Below are positions 1-11,577 of a DNA stretch of 64,000 bases, one piece after another. This stretch comes from Amphiscolops sp. MND2022. Lineage: Eukaryota. The notes under the pieces were generated by a model, which was not told the DNA's origin, did no database searches, and saw only the letters and a program-made list of their open reading frames with translations. The translations under genes and the position numbers were made by a program. Numbering within the stretch: the first letter of the stretch is position 1; each line of letters starts with the position of its first letter. The DNA lies in the NCBI GenBank assembly GCA_964187785.1, contig OZ076409.1:2418001-2482000 (forward strand). The letters run 5' to 3'.

Positions 1-250
1 TTAGAAGTAAGCAGCGGATCAAAATTATTGCGCTCTATCCGAATTTTGATGTTATATCCGACGTAAATTGCGCTTTACCAAGGAGGCTCGGAAAAAGTTC
101 GAAAAATGAGGAGGCCAATGTTCAGTAAGTTGAAATTGTGAGCAGTTGAAAAGGCAACGGTTCAAACTGGCTAGGATAAATTTGTCATGACGTCATGAAT
201 TTCGGAACTTTTTCCTTCCCACCCCCACACACACACTTTCCAAGATGATG

Positions 251-738
251 TTTTTAGTCGGCGCTTTTCTTAAGAAAAGAGCCCGACTATTACAGTCACT
301 CGTTTTTTTTATTTAAGACAGACTCGAAGCGACGAACGTTAAAATTAACGTTCAACTACTAAATACAGTACTAAAATACTGGCAGCGCGTTTGAGATAGT
401 GCAAAGGGTCCCCCCTTTCAGTAAGTCCATTTTTATCGTAAGATACAAAACAGGACGAGACTATAGGGTCCCCCCTTTGAGTTTTTTTTCGGCACTGTGC
501 GACTTTTTTTCGAAAATTTTTTTGTCCCCAAAGGGTCCCCCCTTCAAGTTTTTTGATATTTTGCAACGGAATGTATGTTAATAAATCCAGAAGGATCCCC
601 CTTTTCCATTTTTCGGCACTATGCGACTTTTTTTCGAAAGAAAAAAAATTTTTCAAAAATTTCAATTTTTTTCCAAAAATTTTTTTGCGCTTTTTGAGCC
701 TTAGATATGGCGCCGACATTAGACGTTCCCGTCTTGTT
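251..738 (+). mobile_element. Non-autonomous Helentron/DINE-1-type element (family A)
   Basis: 5' T-run plus hairpin AGTCGGCGCTTTTC..GAAAAG.GCCCGACT; 3' subterminal inverted repeat GCGCCGAC followed by stem-loop AGACG-TTCC-CGTCT and TGTT; GGGTCCCCC-rich body repeated many times in the window. Confidence 0.7.
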
Positions 739-1147
739 GCAATTAATTATATCTCAATTGCGTTTCCAATGAAACAGTTGAGTTTTAAATTTATTCTCAG
801 GATGATAGTTTAGGATTCAGATACAAACTTTGTTTTCCATATGCAGTCACGCTTTTTTTGATGAGAAAATCAACAGCTTCCTGTTTTGAGTCACCAATAA
901 ACACTTAATACGAACGTAATTATAGTCAAAATGTGTGAACAATGTTTTGTTCAAGCGGAAAACTACTCTAATAGTGTGGAGACAACAAAACAAAGGAAAA
1001 GACTTATTCGAAGGAATATTGAATGATATAGTCAAATATAATCCTTTATGTTGAGTTTGTTTTCTTTAAAAAGTGGGGGGGGGGGGATTGGGAAGGAAAA
1101 AGAGCCTGAATTTCAATATATTTAGTTAGTTGGTCAATGTATTTTAC

Positions 1148-1226
1148 TATCCTGTAATCTATGATGAGGTCGGCGTCTCGGCACACAGGGCAAGGATTGG
1201 AGGACACGAATTTGGTGGAGAAACAC
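1148..1226 (-). CDS. MRPS18B: Mitochondrial ribosomal protein S18B (mS40), coding exon 3; gene probably continues beyond the window start
   Basis: Acceptor TACAG|G in phase 2; translates CFSTKFVSSNPCPVCRDADLIIDYR, matching the MRPS18B motif C....V.GNPCPICRD..L.VDFR. 3' boundary is 1152 (GA donor) or 1148 (GT donor). Confidence 0.85.
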
Positions 1227-1850
1227 CTGTAGTCAGGGATCATTGGGAATCTTCATCTCTGGATCAATGGAAACACTGAATCATTCAAAAAACCAGAAAA
1301 TTTCACGTGAAATTTGGAAAATACAGTTGACACTGATCAAGGTTGTTATGTTTAAAACAAACTGTTTTAAACAAGCTTGAAAAAAAACTGTTAAAACACT
1401 TTTGAAAAACACATGTTTTTTATGTTGTTTATTTCAAGCGAAGGGCCCATTCTTTTCGGCATGTTATGTTTGCAGTTCAGGCGGGTTGGAGCGTCAATTT
1501 TCGACGATGGGAGTCACCTATGGGTGGCTACGCACGCAGTTAGGGGTCGAGAAAGCTGGCAAACAGTTTTCTGTACCGAGAACTAATCAAGACTGCGATT
1601 CTTCCAGAAATTTGAAATAAAAAATTTAATTGAAAATGTTTTTATATAGCATAAATCAGATGAAAAAAACAACCATAAAAAACCGAGCACTTTTTTCGAA
1701 AAAAAAACGTTTAATTGTATAAAATGAAAAAAAAACTGTATAAGGTAACATCCTGACACTGATTATTATTCCTTTTCGAACTAATCCTTCTTATCATGTT
1801 GGCGTGATAAGTGACATTACAGTGAACAGGCAAGCTTTTTGCTGCTTTTC

Positions 1851-2312
1851 GTGGAATCCGGGACACGAAAATTGAGAAAAGTCGTGGAATCCAGGACAAA
1901 ATTTACCTTTGATGTTGAGCGTGTAAACTGAAAAATACAAAATTTTTGTGTGATATTGGTGTGATTGTCTGAATCATTTTGAATTAATATACGAAAAGTA
2001 GTGCATAATATTATGTTTGTTCAGTCTTCCACTTGAATTTAACTAAAGAAGAGATGCCGCGTATCGCGTCAAGCATAAAGTCGTGGAATCCAGGAAATTT
2101 ATGATTTCTGCAATTTGATTGGTTCATTTCCAAAATTTCCATTTGGTTCGCAAAACTTACGTTTTTGTGGAATCCGGGACACCGCTGCATGCCGACAGTT
2201 CGTACAGCTAAGCATTTGTTACTGGAATCCACGACTAAATCCGTGGAATCCGGGACAAATGACGTAATTTGCCAATTTTGCACGGTTAAAGGTATGGTCG
2301 TGGAATCCGAGA
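1851..2312 (+). repeat. Cluster of about 7 GTGGAATCC(G/A)GGACA motifs, likely subterminal repeats of a DNA-transposon remnant
   Basis: Motif visible at ~1851, 1884, 2083, 2167, 2223, 2243, 2300. Confidence 0.5.
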
Positions 2313-2593
2313 TATTGAACGCACTATGTTGCGCTTTGAGCAAATAAGGCTTGCCTGTGCACTCTAATGATGACAATTGGATGCTTTTAAAAAGATTTTA
2401 ATTATGACAATAATTTGTTCAAAAAGTCAAAAATATTTTTCCAGCTTTTTCAACTAGCCAAAAACTGATTTCACTACCAAAAACTACATAAGGAGACTTT
2501 GAAAGTCTTCAAAACTACTCAATTTTTCTCTTGGATCTACTTTTCCATTATTTTTACGATTATGAGAGTCGATTTTCAACAATCCGCCGTGAC

Positions 2594-2754
2594 TTTTTGC
2601 GGGTTTTCAGGTCAGGAATTTGGCCTTTGTTGTTTCTGCGGTAGTCCTCCCAAACTAGTTTGTCGCCGTAGGTCAGCTTGAAAGTGCTGGAGTTGAGGTA
2701 ATCTGTTCCGAAGCTTTTCTCATATTTGGGGTTCGCCTTGTGGTTTTGGGCTGA
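2594..2754 (-). CDS. MRPS18B: MRPS18B coding exon 2
   Basis: TTTCAG| acceptor, AA|GTCACG donor; translates SAQNHKANPKYEKSFGTDYLNSSTFKLTYGDKLVWEDYRRNNKGQIPDLKTRK(K), matching YLES..Y..RYG..PVW.DYRRNHKG..P...TRK; joins exon 3 in phase 2. Confidence 0.9.
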
Positions 2755-4189
2755 CTGAAATCGCTTGAATTTGAAATCCTTAGCGAGGGTTCAAAACGTC
2801 ATTTAACGAATTCGTGATAATTTTTTATCATACTTTGAATTTGACTTTGGTACGAAGGTACTTGATAATTTGGCTTTGATTACTTCATTCTAAGTAATGA
2901 CTCGCTAAAAACTCTGCAATTAAAAAATTGGAAATAGTTTCAAAAGATACTTCTATCATCTCCACGTAGATTTTTGGGGATGAAAACCTATTTCAAGAGC
3001 GAATGCAATCATGAACAATTCTAATTTTTGAATCCAACAAAAGAATTGCGAATAATGTTTCAAACTTTGGACCAAAAGCGGTGGTATTTGAAACAAGATG
3101 AGAATGTCTGAAAACGGCGTCACTCAGGGCTCAGAAAGCGCGAAGTCTCAAATATGTTCAGAGTGGATTTCTGAGAATTTCTCATAAATTTCAGAGTAAT
3201 GATAATATCCGAAGGGGCAATTAATGGCCTCAGAAAACACTTTTCTCTACCAAAGCACCTTTAGTGGTGTAAAAAACATCGAAAAAGTTACAGTGCCGAA
3301 AAAACGCAAAGGGTATCCTTCGATCCCCACAGGATTTGCAAACATCAAAAAAATTCCGGCTTGGGAGCATTTGAACCTGCGACAACCAGCTTGGGAAGCG
3401 CGCATCCTAAATACTAACTTCTGGACTTAAATTGAATCTCAATTCTAAACTGAACTTGTAAACTTCTGAAATATTTTTGATGTTTCTCTTTTATACCATT
3501 CAATTGAATAAATAAACGTTGCTTTCCTTGAAGACAATAGTGATAGTAAGTGATATTGCAATGACTTTCTGCACTCTATTCTTCGAAGGTACTCAAAGCT
3601 CTCAGCGTACGATTAACGACTTAATGGTTAATACTCGCTTGGTTTCTAGGAAAGACAGTGACTCCGAATTCACACGGGTGAAAGAAAGGTAACCTTCGGT
3701 ATTTTAATAACCTAAACAGAATATTTGGACCATGTGTCTTATCCCCACCAGGTACACACTTGTTTCGAATCCTCCTTTTAAAAGAACATTTTATTCTTGA
3801 ATGAAAAATATTCACTAATAAGAGAATATATGAATGTAAATACTTAGAGGGTCGTCTCTACAGCTGTTTCGACACTTCCACTAAAAATAAGACCCTAATT
3901 ATCGCCAAAATCTTATTGCCACAAATAGCAAAAATTCACGATTGGAACCAGCTAAAAATCACCTATTTCAACGCAAATTTTCTCGTAACAAAATTCAATG
4001 ACTTTTGACTGATATTCAACGTAAAAGATAGGATTATGTCATCAATTATTTCACAGGACCAAAATTTCAACACAAACGGTGTCGACATGGTAGTATTTGA
4101 ACCTTGTTTCTTATCCCCCCGGGCCGCTTGGGGGAAATAAGAAACATGGTCCGGATAATCATTTTTGGACATATTTTTGGAACCCTCGC

Positions 4190-4537
4190 CTTAGCGCCAC
4201 TGCTTGAAAAACTTGAAAACTTCTTCACGGAATCACTTTCAGCTGGATTCGAATTTGACCCACTTTTTTCCAACTCAACTGCTTGTGTAGAGAAATACCT
4301 GCCGGTAAGACATTTCAATTTCATTCGCTGACGAGACAGAGAACACTTTATTTGCTGGCGACTAAGGAAATAACTGACAGGGCCCAATTCGGAAGAGAAG
4401 TATGAAAAGATATGACTGCTTCGAGCACTGCATGAAAATGTAGACTGAAGATTCGGCGAAGCAAAAAGTTGTAAAAAAGTTTTCATGGGTTTGAAAACTG
4501 ACGACATTGCGAATAATCTGAAACACAAATACAGCAT
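4190..4537 (-). CDS. MRPS18B: MRPS18B putative first coding exon (mitochondrial targeting peptide); start ATG ambiguous (4537, 4507 or 4324)
   Basis: Long open frame rich in S/R/F with RYFSTQ cleavage-like site; best donor AAG|GCGAGG is in phase 0 with exon 2; sequence after it is a hairpin repeat. Confidence 0.55.
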
Positions 4538-4843
4538 AATTTCATTTTCGAAAAAGTACCAAGATCACCCATTTCACAAAAAGAAAACAAAGAAAATCAT
4601 TTTTACACGTTTGTGGTGTTCCAACTAACGGAATTATTATGGTACACGAAATGAAAAAAAATCGGGAATGACTCAAGATCATAAAACGCGAAAGTCCTTT
4701 GATAAATTTTTGATGAGTTTCAAAAAGTTTTCATACAGTTTGGGTTCTTTTGGGTTCTCAAATACGAACAAAAGACCTTTTCGCAACTCGGAAGTTCTTG
4801 AGAAAAATGATTAACTTGTGGTGTTTCTTTCGTGCACTGTGAT

Positions 4844-5292
4844 CAGAGATGAACCTATAATCATTGATTATAGAATTTATTATAGCTTTCGCTATTAATT
4901 AAAAATAAATAGAATTCTATTATAGATCTAATTTTTGTCAATAGTATGATTATAGATTCAATCCTCGCGCCCATCTAGGGTAGTCAGCTTAAGGAGAAAA
5001 CAGTTGAATTTTTTTTTGAAAAAATAACGAAACATTGAAGACCATGAACTAATCATTATAACATTCAACGATGAGTCTAGTTTTCAAATTTCGAGGCAAA
5101 ACTCTCATTCCTGTATTCATCGAGAGGTATGATGGGTCAATGATAGCGGCAATGATAAAATTCTATTATAGAAATTCCATATATGTTCATATTATAGCCC
5201 CTATAATAGTTGCTGCCGCTTTAATAATATAGCGTTTAATATGGGATTGCTATAATAGACTTTAATAGAATTTCGAGCTATGGTCATCTCTG
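4844..5292. mobile_element. hAT-type MITE
   Basis: TIR CAGAGATGA.. / ..TCATCTCTG flanked by perfect 8-bp TSD ACTGTGAT (4836-4843, 5293-5300). Confidence 0.85.
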
Positions 5293-5447
5293 ACTGTGAT
5301 TGCCGATAGTAGTGGTAAACTTGGTCCCAGGGCAAACAAGTCACTAGCGCAGGACTAAGAGTCAAACGCTCGAATGCAATTGACAATTCTCTAATGCAAT
5401 CAGGCCGATAACATTGTCTTTACGCGATTATTTAGAGAAGTCATCAT

Positions 5448-5888
5448 CAGAGTTGGAACCGGGTCATGATTTTCTACTCGAAATCCGGCCCGAGCCCGTT
5501 TCAAAGATCCTAACACGACCCGAAATTATTGAACATTTTTAATACCCGACGAAACTGCACGAAAACGAATTTGATACCCGAAACTAAATTGTAAATGATA
5601 TTCAGCTATAAGCATCATGAGAATTCAAAAATCCCAGTTTTTATAACAGAATTCAAAAATTCAACATCTAACATTTTTTGGCAGACATCTGGGCTCTACG
5701 AACTGTGCGAATAACACAAACTTGATCAAAATTTCGTTAACTTTGAGCGAATAAAAGATTAATGTATAAATTTTCAATTTATTTTCCTAATTGTTATACC
5801 CGGCCCAAAAAAATTTAAGCTCGAAAAAGCCTGGTTATAAGCCCGCCCGGCCCGGCAACATTTAATGACATGCTTGGTTCCAACTCTG
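5448..5888. mobile_element. hAT-type MITE
   Basis: 13-bp TIR CAGAGTTGGAACC / GGTTCCAACTCTG; imperfect 8-bp TSD GTCATCAT / GTCATTAC. Confidence 0.75.
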
Positions 5889-6129
5889 GTCATTACTATA
5901 CGAGTCACGCAAAGAATCAGTTTTTGGGCATCTGACTTGTCAAATCTGACGCAGGGATATCAAATGGAATCTGGAAATTTTGTGCAAACTTTTGTTTACG
6001 TTCAATTTTGAAAAGCATCTAAAATTTTCATTTGATTGATGTTCGGTGTTCGGTTGTAACAAGTCGCGATTGTGACAATTCTTTTAGAAACGTTAAACTT
6101 CTTTACAAAGAATTCCAAGAAAAATCGGG

Positions 6130-6370
6130 CAATTGCGTGCAAACGCTTTCTTACATGCGAGAAAATTTTTTGTAGAGGCAGAGATGAATTATCTACACTG
6201 TTGCAGCCGGATTGTGCTCCTCTACTCAAGCGAGAAGTGGGCCCTCCATACCACACAGACCAGTCGACGACTCAACTACAGAGCGGCGGATGGTCCGTTT
6301 GATGAGTGAAGTCTCGCTTTCTGACCAGATCTCGTCCGAAAAACTTCTCACAACTCGACATAAACAAGAC
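6130..6370 (+). pseudogene. Relic of an RTE-like LINE, region C-terminal to the RT core
   Basis: Frameshifted pieces RIVLLYSSEKWAL and TTERRMVRLMSEVSLSDQISSEKL resemble the RTE consensus LLYGSETW..E..MLR.M.GVSL.DRI..E. Confidence 0.5.
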
Positions 6371-6657
6371 GCCCGCTAAGCACCGGGATATTTTCCTCCC
6401 TTTTCGCCTTCATCACTTGAGCCATAGCTATTTTGGGAGGGGAATAGGATCTAAAAAATAAGATCTAAAATTTAGTGATTTTAGATCTTCTTCCCATCCT
6501 GAAATTTTAGATCTTATTCTCTTTAGATCTTAATTTTTTAGATCTCCCATTTTTACTTTAGATATTATTCCCATCTCAGTATGAAGGATGAAGGCTGAGC
6601 AGGGAGACTGAGTAAGTGGAGTGGAGTTGTACAAAGTGGAGTTTTGGCAGAATTTGG

Positions 6658-6835
6658 AAAAAAAACGCAACACAGATGATGATTTTCCTCCCCCATTGAA
6701 AATGTGGGTCGGAAAATAAAAAACGCAACACAGATGATGATTTTCCTCCCCCATTGAAAATGTGGGTCGGAAAATAAAAAACGCAACACAGATGATGATT
6801 TTCCTCCCCCATTGAAAATGTGGGTCGGAAAATAA
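6658..6835. repeat. Perfect 58-bp tandem repeat, 3 copies
   Basis: AAAAAACGCAACACAGATGATGATTTTCCTCCCCCATTGAAAATGTGGGTCGGAAAAT repeated three times. Confidence 0.95.
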
Positions 6836-8169
6836 CAAGAGTATTGTTGAGTTTAAAGCAACAAGCCAGCGACGATTGTATGGACATTTCAGACGCGAAA
6901 CTGAACATCCAAATTCAGTTGTCTACAGTCTGTCAGTGGCATGACGACGACAAGAACGACAACAAAAGAACAAGAACAATGAAATTGATGAGTTCTTCAG
7001 AAAACGAGGGCTGCGCCGGACAGAGATCACTGGACAGAGATCACAAGAGTTTGCCAATTCAGGGGAAATTTGATCATTGTCGTCTTGACTATTATGGACT
7101 TCCCAATGGCTATCCTTGGTGGCAAAGGAAGTGAATCGTCGAATGATTTTCGTCACACGTGTGAACGGAGAATAAAGATCAAATGAAGAAAAAATCTGAA
7201 TTTTCACTCCACGTTTGTTTTCCATGGATTACTGCTCTAGACAACAACTAGAAGTACTTTAAGGAGTCTGAAATTAGATTCCTAAGGCCAAGCTTGCGGT
7301 TTCGATCCTCGAAGTTCAAACATTTACCTTTTGATTTGGTGGCAAAAAACAAACGAAGTCAACTGCGTATATTTAAAGTAAAAATCTAGTTTTGCCCTTG
7401 GGGAAACGCGCCCGAATTTGTGATGCTAAATATTGTCGACGAACATTTTGAAAGTATCGAGGGAAATAGGAATACTTTTAAAGTTCTGTGAAGGTATACC
7501 ATCATCTCGTGAAATGCATTCACAAACTACATTCCAAATGTATTCAACTGTGTTCTTTAGACTTTCAACTAAATATTAGACTATAGTGAAATACTACATT
7601 TCTTCCAAGTGTAATGAAATTGAAAAAAAATTATTGAAATAATTAGTGTGGAATTGGAGATACTTTGGTTCCAATCGTGAAGCTTCAATTAACAGAAGTT
7701 TGTTTCCGAACATTATCTTTTCTAGCAATTTTCATCTGATTTCAAGAGATAAAATGCGGAAACAGATTATAAGTGTTGCGGAATGTAGGTGTACGAATTA
7801 CATGTACTCTACTGAAGAAAATTCTGGAATCTGAGACACATTTTGCACTATTTGCTCTCTACATAATTGGCGCTATCAAGGCCTGGCATAAGTGGCAATT
7901 AATTGGCCCCCATTAACTTGCCAAGACACAAAATTGCGGAAAGTAAGATTTCAACTTCAATGGAAGCTAAGGCAGTCGACATCAAAGGGGAATCAATTCA
8001 GAGCACGCGTCTCGGTTTCCGAGATTTCGTGTCTTGATTTCCACAAAACGCTCAGAAAAAGCTTGTCTATGCACTGTAATGTCAAAACTTCTTTCATTCA
8101 TCACTGAAGCCTAAAGCAACTGTAAATAAAATGGGGTAATGAAAAATAAATTCAAAAATATCAAGAAGC

Positions 8170-8475
8170 TCAAAAACAACCAAGAGATGTCAAAAACCCT
8201 GCAAACTGCTGTTGATTCATTATTTCAGTCTCGTTACTAATTCTGTTGATAACTTCTATTTTCGGTTCATCAGAGTCCAGCAAATTCTTCCCAAAAACAG
8301 CCACGTAAGGGTATCCCGCCATTTGGATGTCCTTCAATCTTCTGCCAATGGTGGAATTTGTGCGGTCGTCGAAAATGACGTCATTCAGTGATGAGTTGAC
8401 GCCCATGAAAAACTGTAAGACTTCAGCTGCTTGTTGTTCCTCTTTGCTGCCGCTTTTTGGCAGAACCACACAAAC
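8170..8475 (-). CDS. PARS2: Mitochondrial prolyl-tRNA synthetase, last coding exon (anticodon-binding domain)
   Basis: TTTCTTAG| acceptor; VCVVLPKSGSKE...DVIFDDRTNSTIGRRLKDIQMAGYPYVAVFGK...IEV, TGA stop; phase 0 with upstream exon. Confidence 0.93.
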   Translation of the reverse strand, partial: VCVVLPKSGSKEEQQAAEVLQFFMGVNSSLNDVIFDDRTNSTIGRRLKDIQMAGYPYVAVFGKNLLDSDEPKIEVINRISNETEIMNQQQFAGFLTSLGCF

Positions 8476-8629
8476 CTAAGAAATGAACAAATTAAATAAT
8501 GTTTTTTTTGTTTAAAATTCATTTCTTCACAGTAGAAGTCTTTCTACAAATTCATGTGAGACTTAATCGAGAGCTTAAAACAGTCATGAAAGCCTTTAGG
8601 GAAAAAATGCCCGACTATAGCAGTGACTG

Positions 8630-9139
8630 TTTTTAGTCGGCGCCTTTTCCCTTAGGGAAAAAAGCCCGATTATTACAGTGGGTAGTTTTTTTCAGCTGAC
8701 AATCTCACTCTGAATGGTCCACTTTTTTACAATCTTTTGTTCATTTGTTCAACTAATTTTCTGAGAAGCAGGAGATCGTGGGTTCGATTCTCGCACTAGA
8801 CCACAAATTGTTTTATGCTTCCAAAAGTAGATGCGAGACCAAAGGTTTTTTCGTTTGCTTTTTTCGGCACTATGCGACTTTTCGAAAATTTTCGGATTCT
8901 ATCAAAGGGTACCCCCTTGCATTTTAAAAAAGTTTTCGGTTTGTAAAAACGTTTAATGAGCCTTAATGGCCTCTTTTTGAGTTGTTCGGCATTGTGCGAC
9001 TTTTTAAAAATATTTTTAAAAAATTCCAAAACATTTTTTTGAAAAAAAAAATAATTTTTTCCAAATGTTTCCAATAGTTGTTCCTTGAATATTTTTGAGC
9101 CTTAGATATGGCGCCGACTTGAGACGATCCCGTCTTGTT
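8630..9139 (+). mobile_element. Helentron-type family A copy with tRNA T-arm-like segment
   Basis: Same termini as 251-738; internal GTGGGTTCGATTCTCGCACTAGACCA at ~8778-8803. Confidence 0.7.
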
Positions 9140-10300
9140 TTTCGAGTACCTGCGCAGCTTGTAAGTTTTTTCCGTGGTGATTTCGCGGCCTATATTCGAA
9201 GGAATACGGTAAGCTATGGCTTTTAAGATGATATTTTCATGCTTAACGCGGCTTCTAATCGGGGGCGACTTCTATTCAAAGAAACACGGTACTTCATGAC
9301 CACTTTGATGCTTGACTGAAGCTCTATCAATATTTCGATTACAAAAAATATATATTTAGAAAAAAGTTTTTAACATTTTCACTGTCCGTCTTAATTTTGG
9401 TGAATTTCAATCATTGGAGACCATGTAAGCCGTTAGCTTTTGAAAGAATTGACTGAAATCAATCTTAGTTTTCAACCTAAGGCCCCGATGAGATTGACCC
9501 GCTAGGCACCGCCTTTAAGTGTTGTAGGCATCGCCGGGCCTTTCAGATGCCAGTCAGTCTCTTAGCTGAAGCTTCATTGAAAAAAAAACTTCTATATGCG
9601 TTTTGAATGGTGGCAAACTGTGTTACTAGAGTGGGACAGTAACTTAGCAAACAGTTGCTCAGGTATTGAGAAAAAGCAATAATTTTGAAATAGAATTTTT
9701 TGCAAAGTTCCACTTTTTTCCATTTTGCCGGTGGTTCGGAAAAAAACTACTTTGACACAAATAAATCACCCCAGAGAGTCCAATAGATAGATTGTTGATA
9801 AGAAAAACAAATTATCGTTTTCCTAAAAGCTTTCTACGTTTCGTAATTTTTTATTGATTGTGAACAAAATCGCTGTCCTCATTTGAGGACGAAATCGCTG
9901 TCGAGGTTAACGCCATTTTGAAAAAGAAAGAAGTGTGCAATGGGATTCTTAGTCTCTATGTTTTCATGAGCAAAAAATATGACTAAAGTTTTTGTAGATT
10001 GTAAAATTATTTGATATACTTATGGAATTTATGGAATATTTCAAGCATGAATTTTCCCTGCTTTATTTGCATGTAATCATATCGATCTAAAAGATGTAGT
10101 TTACTAGATATGGCGGTGTTGTTCAGCATTGAAATTTCCAGTAATACTATGTGGCGTCGGTCCTACGTTCCGATTGGGCTTTCAAGCAAATAATTCATTA
10201 CCTATTTTATGTATTTCTCCACTATGAGGAAGCACAGTTTTGAATTTCTGTGATTGCATTTCGCAATTACTGGGAGGCAGAGGGGACAACTGCTTAACAG

Positions 10301-10776
10301 AACAAGACGGAAACGTCTAAAGTCGGCGCTATATCTAAGGCTCAAAAAGCGCAAGATTTTTCTGAAAAAAACTTTTGAATTTCAGAAAATGTCGCATAGT
10401 GCCGAAAAATGTAAAAAGGGGGACCCTTTGGGCTTTATTAACACATATTCTGTCGCAAAATATAAAAAAAACACGAAAGGGGGACTCTTTTGAGACATTA
10501 AAAAATTTTCGGAAAAAAGTCGCACAATGCCGAAAAAAATCGAAATGGGGACCCTTTAGTCTCGTCCGGTTTTGTAGGTTACGTTAAAAAAGTAAAAAGT
10601 GAAAGGGGGGATCCTCTTGCACTAATTTCCGCTGACCGGACTTGGCCTTATGGTAGTAGTTTTAGTAGTTTCGATTGTAAGAAAAGTGGACCAATCAGAG
10701 TGAGATTGTAGTCTGACGAAAAAAACTAGCCACTGTAAGAGTCGGGCACTTTTCACTAGAAAAGCGCCGACTAAAA
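10301..10776 (-). mobile_element. Helentron-type family A copy
   Basis: Reverse-complement termini AACAAGACGGAAACGTCT-AAAGTCGGCGC ... GCGCCGACTAAAA; closely similar to 37722-38212. Confidence 0.75.
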
Positions 10777-11160
10777 ATACAGGAGTTCCGAACTCGTATG
10801 GCAAGCAAGCCTCTTTTAATTAGCGATAGAAAAATTGTCGTCCAATTTCACGAAAAACTTCATTTAGGTAAGAGAGTTCATCAGAATTATTCGAGAGAAT
10901 TGTGACCCATAAAAAAGTTCAACGTATTACTTTGAGCAAATCAAGAACCAAAGATGAGTGTACAGTCTGATGACATAAATGTGAGTCTGATGACTGAATT
11001 GAACTGTCATTCGAAAAGCAGCTTTGGATGTCTATCGAAAAGCGCGAAACGTTTTCGATCTGTGTGTGATTTTAAAATAAGACGGGAACGTCTCAAGTCG
11101 GCGCTGTAGCTAAGACTTGAAAAGCGCAAAGTTTTTAAAATATGCTCAGGGCATTTTTTA

Positions 11161-11577
11161 CACAGAGGCGAAGCCGTGCTTCGCAAACACTTGCGAAGAA
11201 AGTTGCGAACTTTTGAAGAAACCCAAATAAGCAATATCATACGGAGAGCCAAGGGTAAAAGGACATTATTGTTAAAATTCCATCAATTTTACAGCGCCAA
11301 AAAATCCCGAAGGGATACCCATAAATCCCGAAAACAATACTTCTCCAACTGGAAACAACAGAAAACCCATCTTTCTCAACCGTAAACCTTTAAAAAATAG
11401 AAAATTGAGGAAAAAATTTTTCGAAAATTTTTTTGATGAAGGTCTCCGGCAAGTCGCATAGTGCCGAAAACCTTGAACACTGCTTTATGCTCGCAAAACG
11501 TTTCGTTCCTAGTAAAAATTGAGGGGGCTTCGATGAAAACAAGTTAGAAACATAGGCGCAAAGGAATTTGCGCACGG
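11161..11577 (-). mobile_element. Helentron-type family B copy
   Basis: Terminal CACAGAG-GCGAAGC-CGT-GCTTCGC hairpin; body similar to 46653-47050. Confidence 0.6.

Noticed and set aside
345..813. K/F-rich ORFs here and in similar repeats (10254-10587, 14149-14520, 51118-51717)
   Set aside because: Low-complexity translations of non-autonomous elements
847..1035. Candidate next MRPS18B exon (LFCCLHT resembling QFVCAHT)
   Set aside because: No TGxC..QH motif, AT-rich intron-like composition, no convincing splice sites
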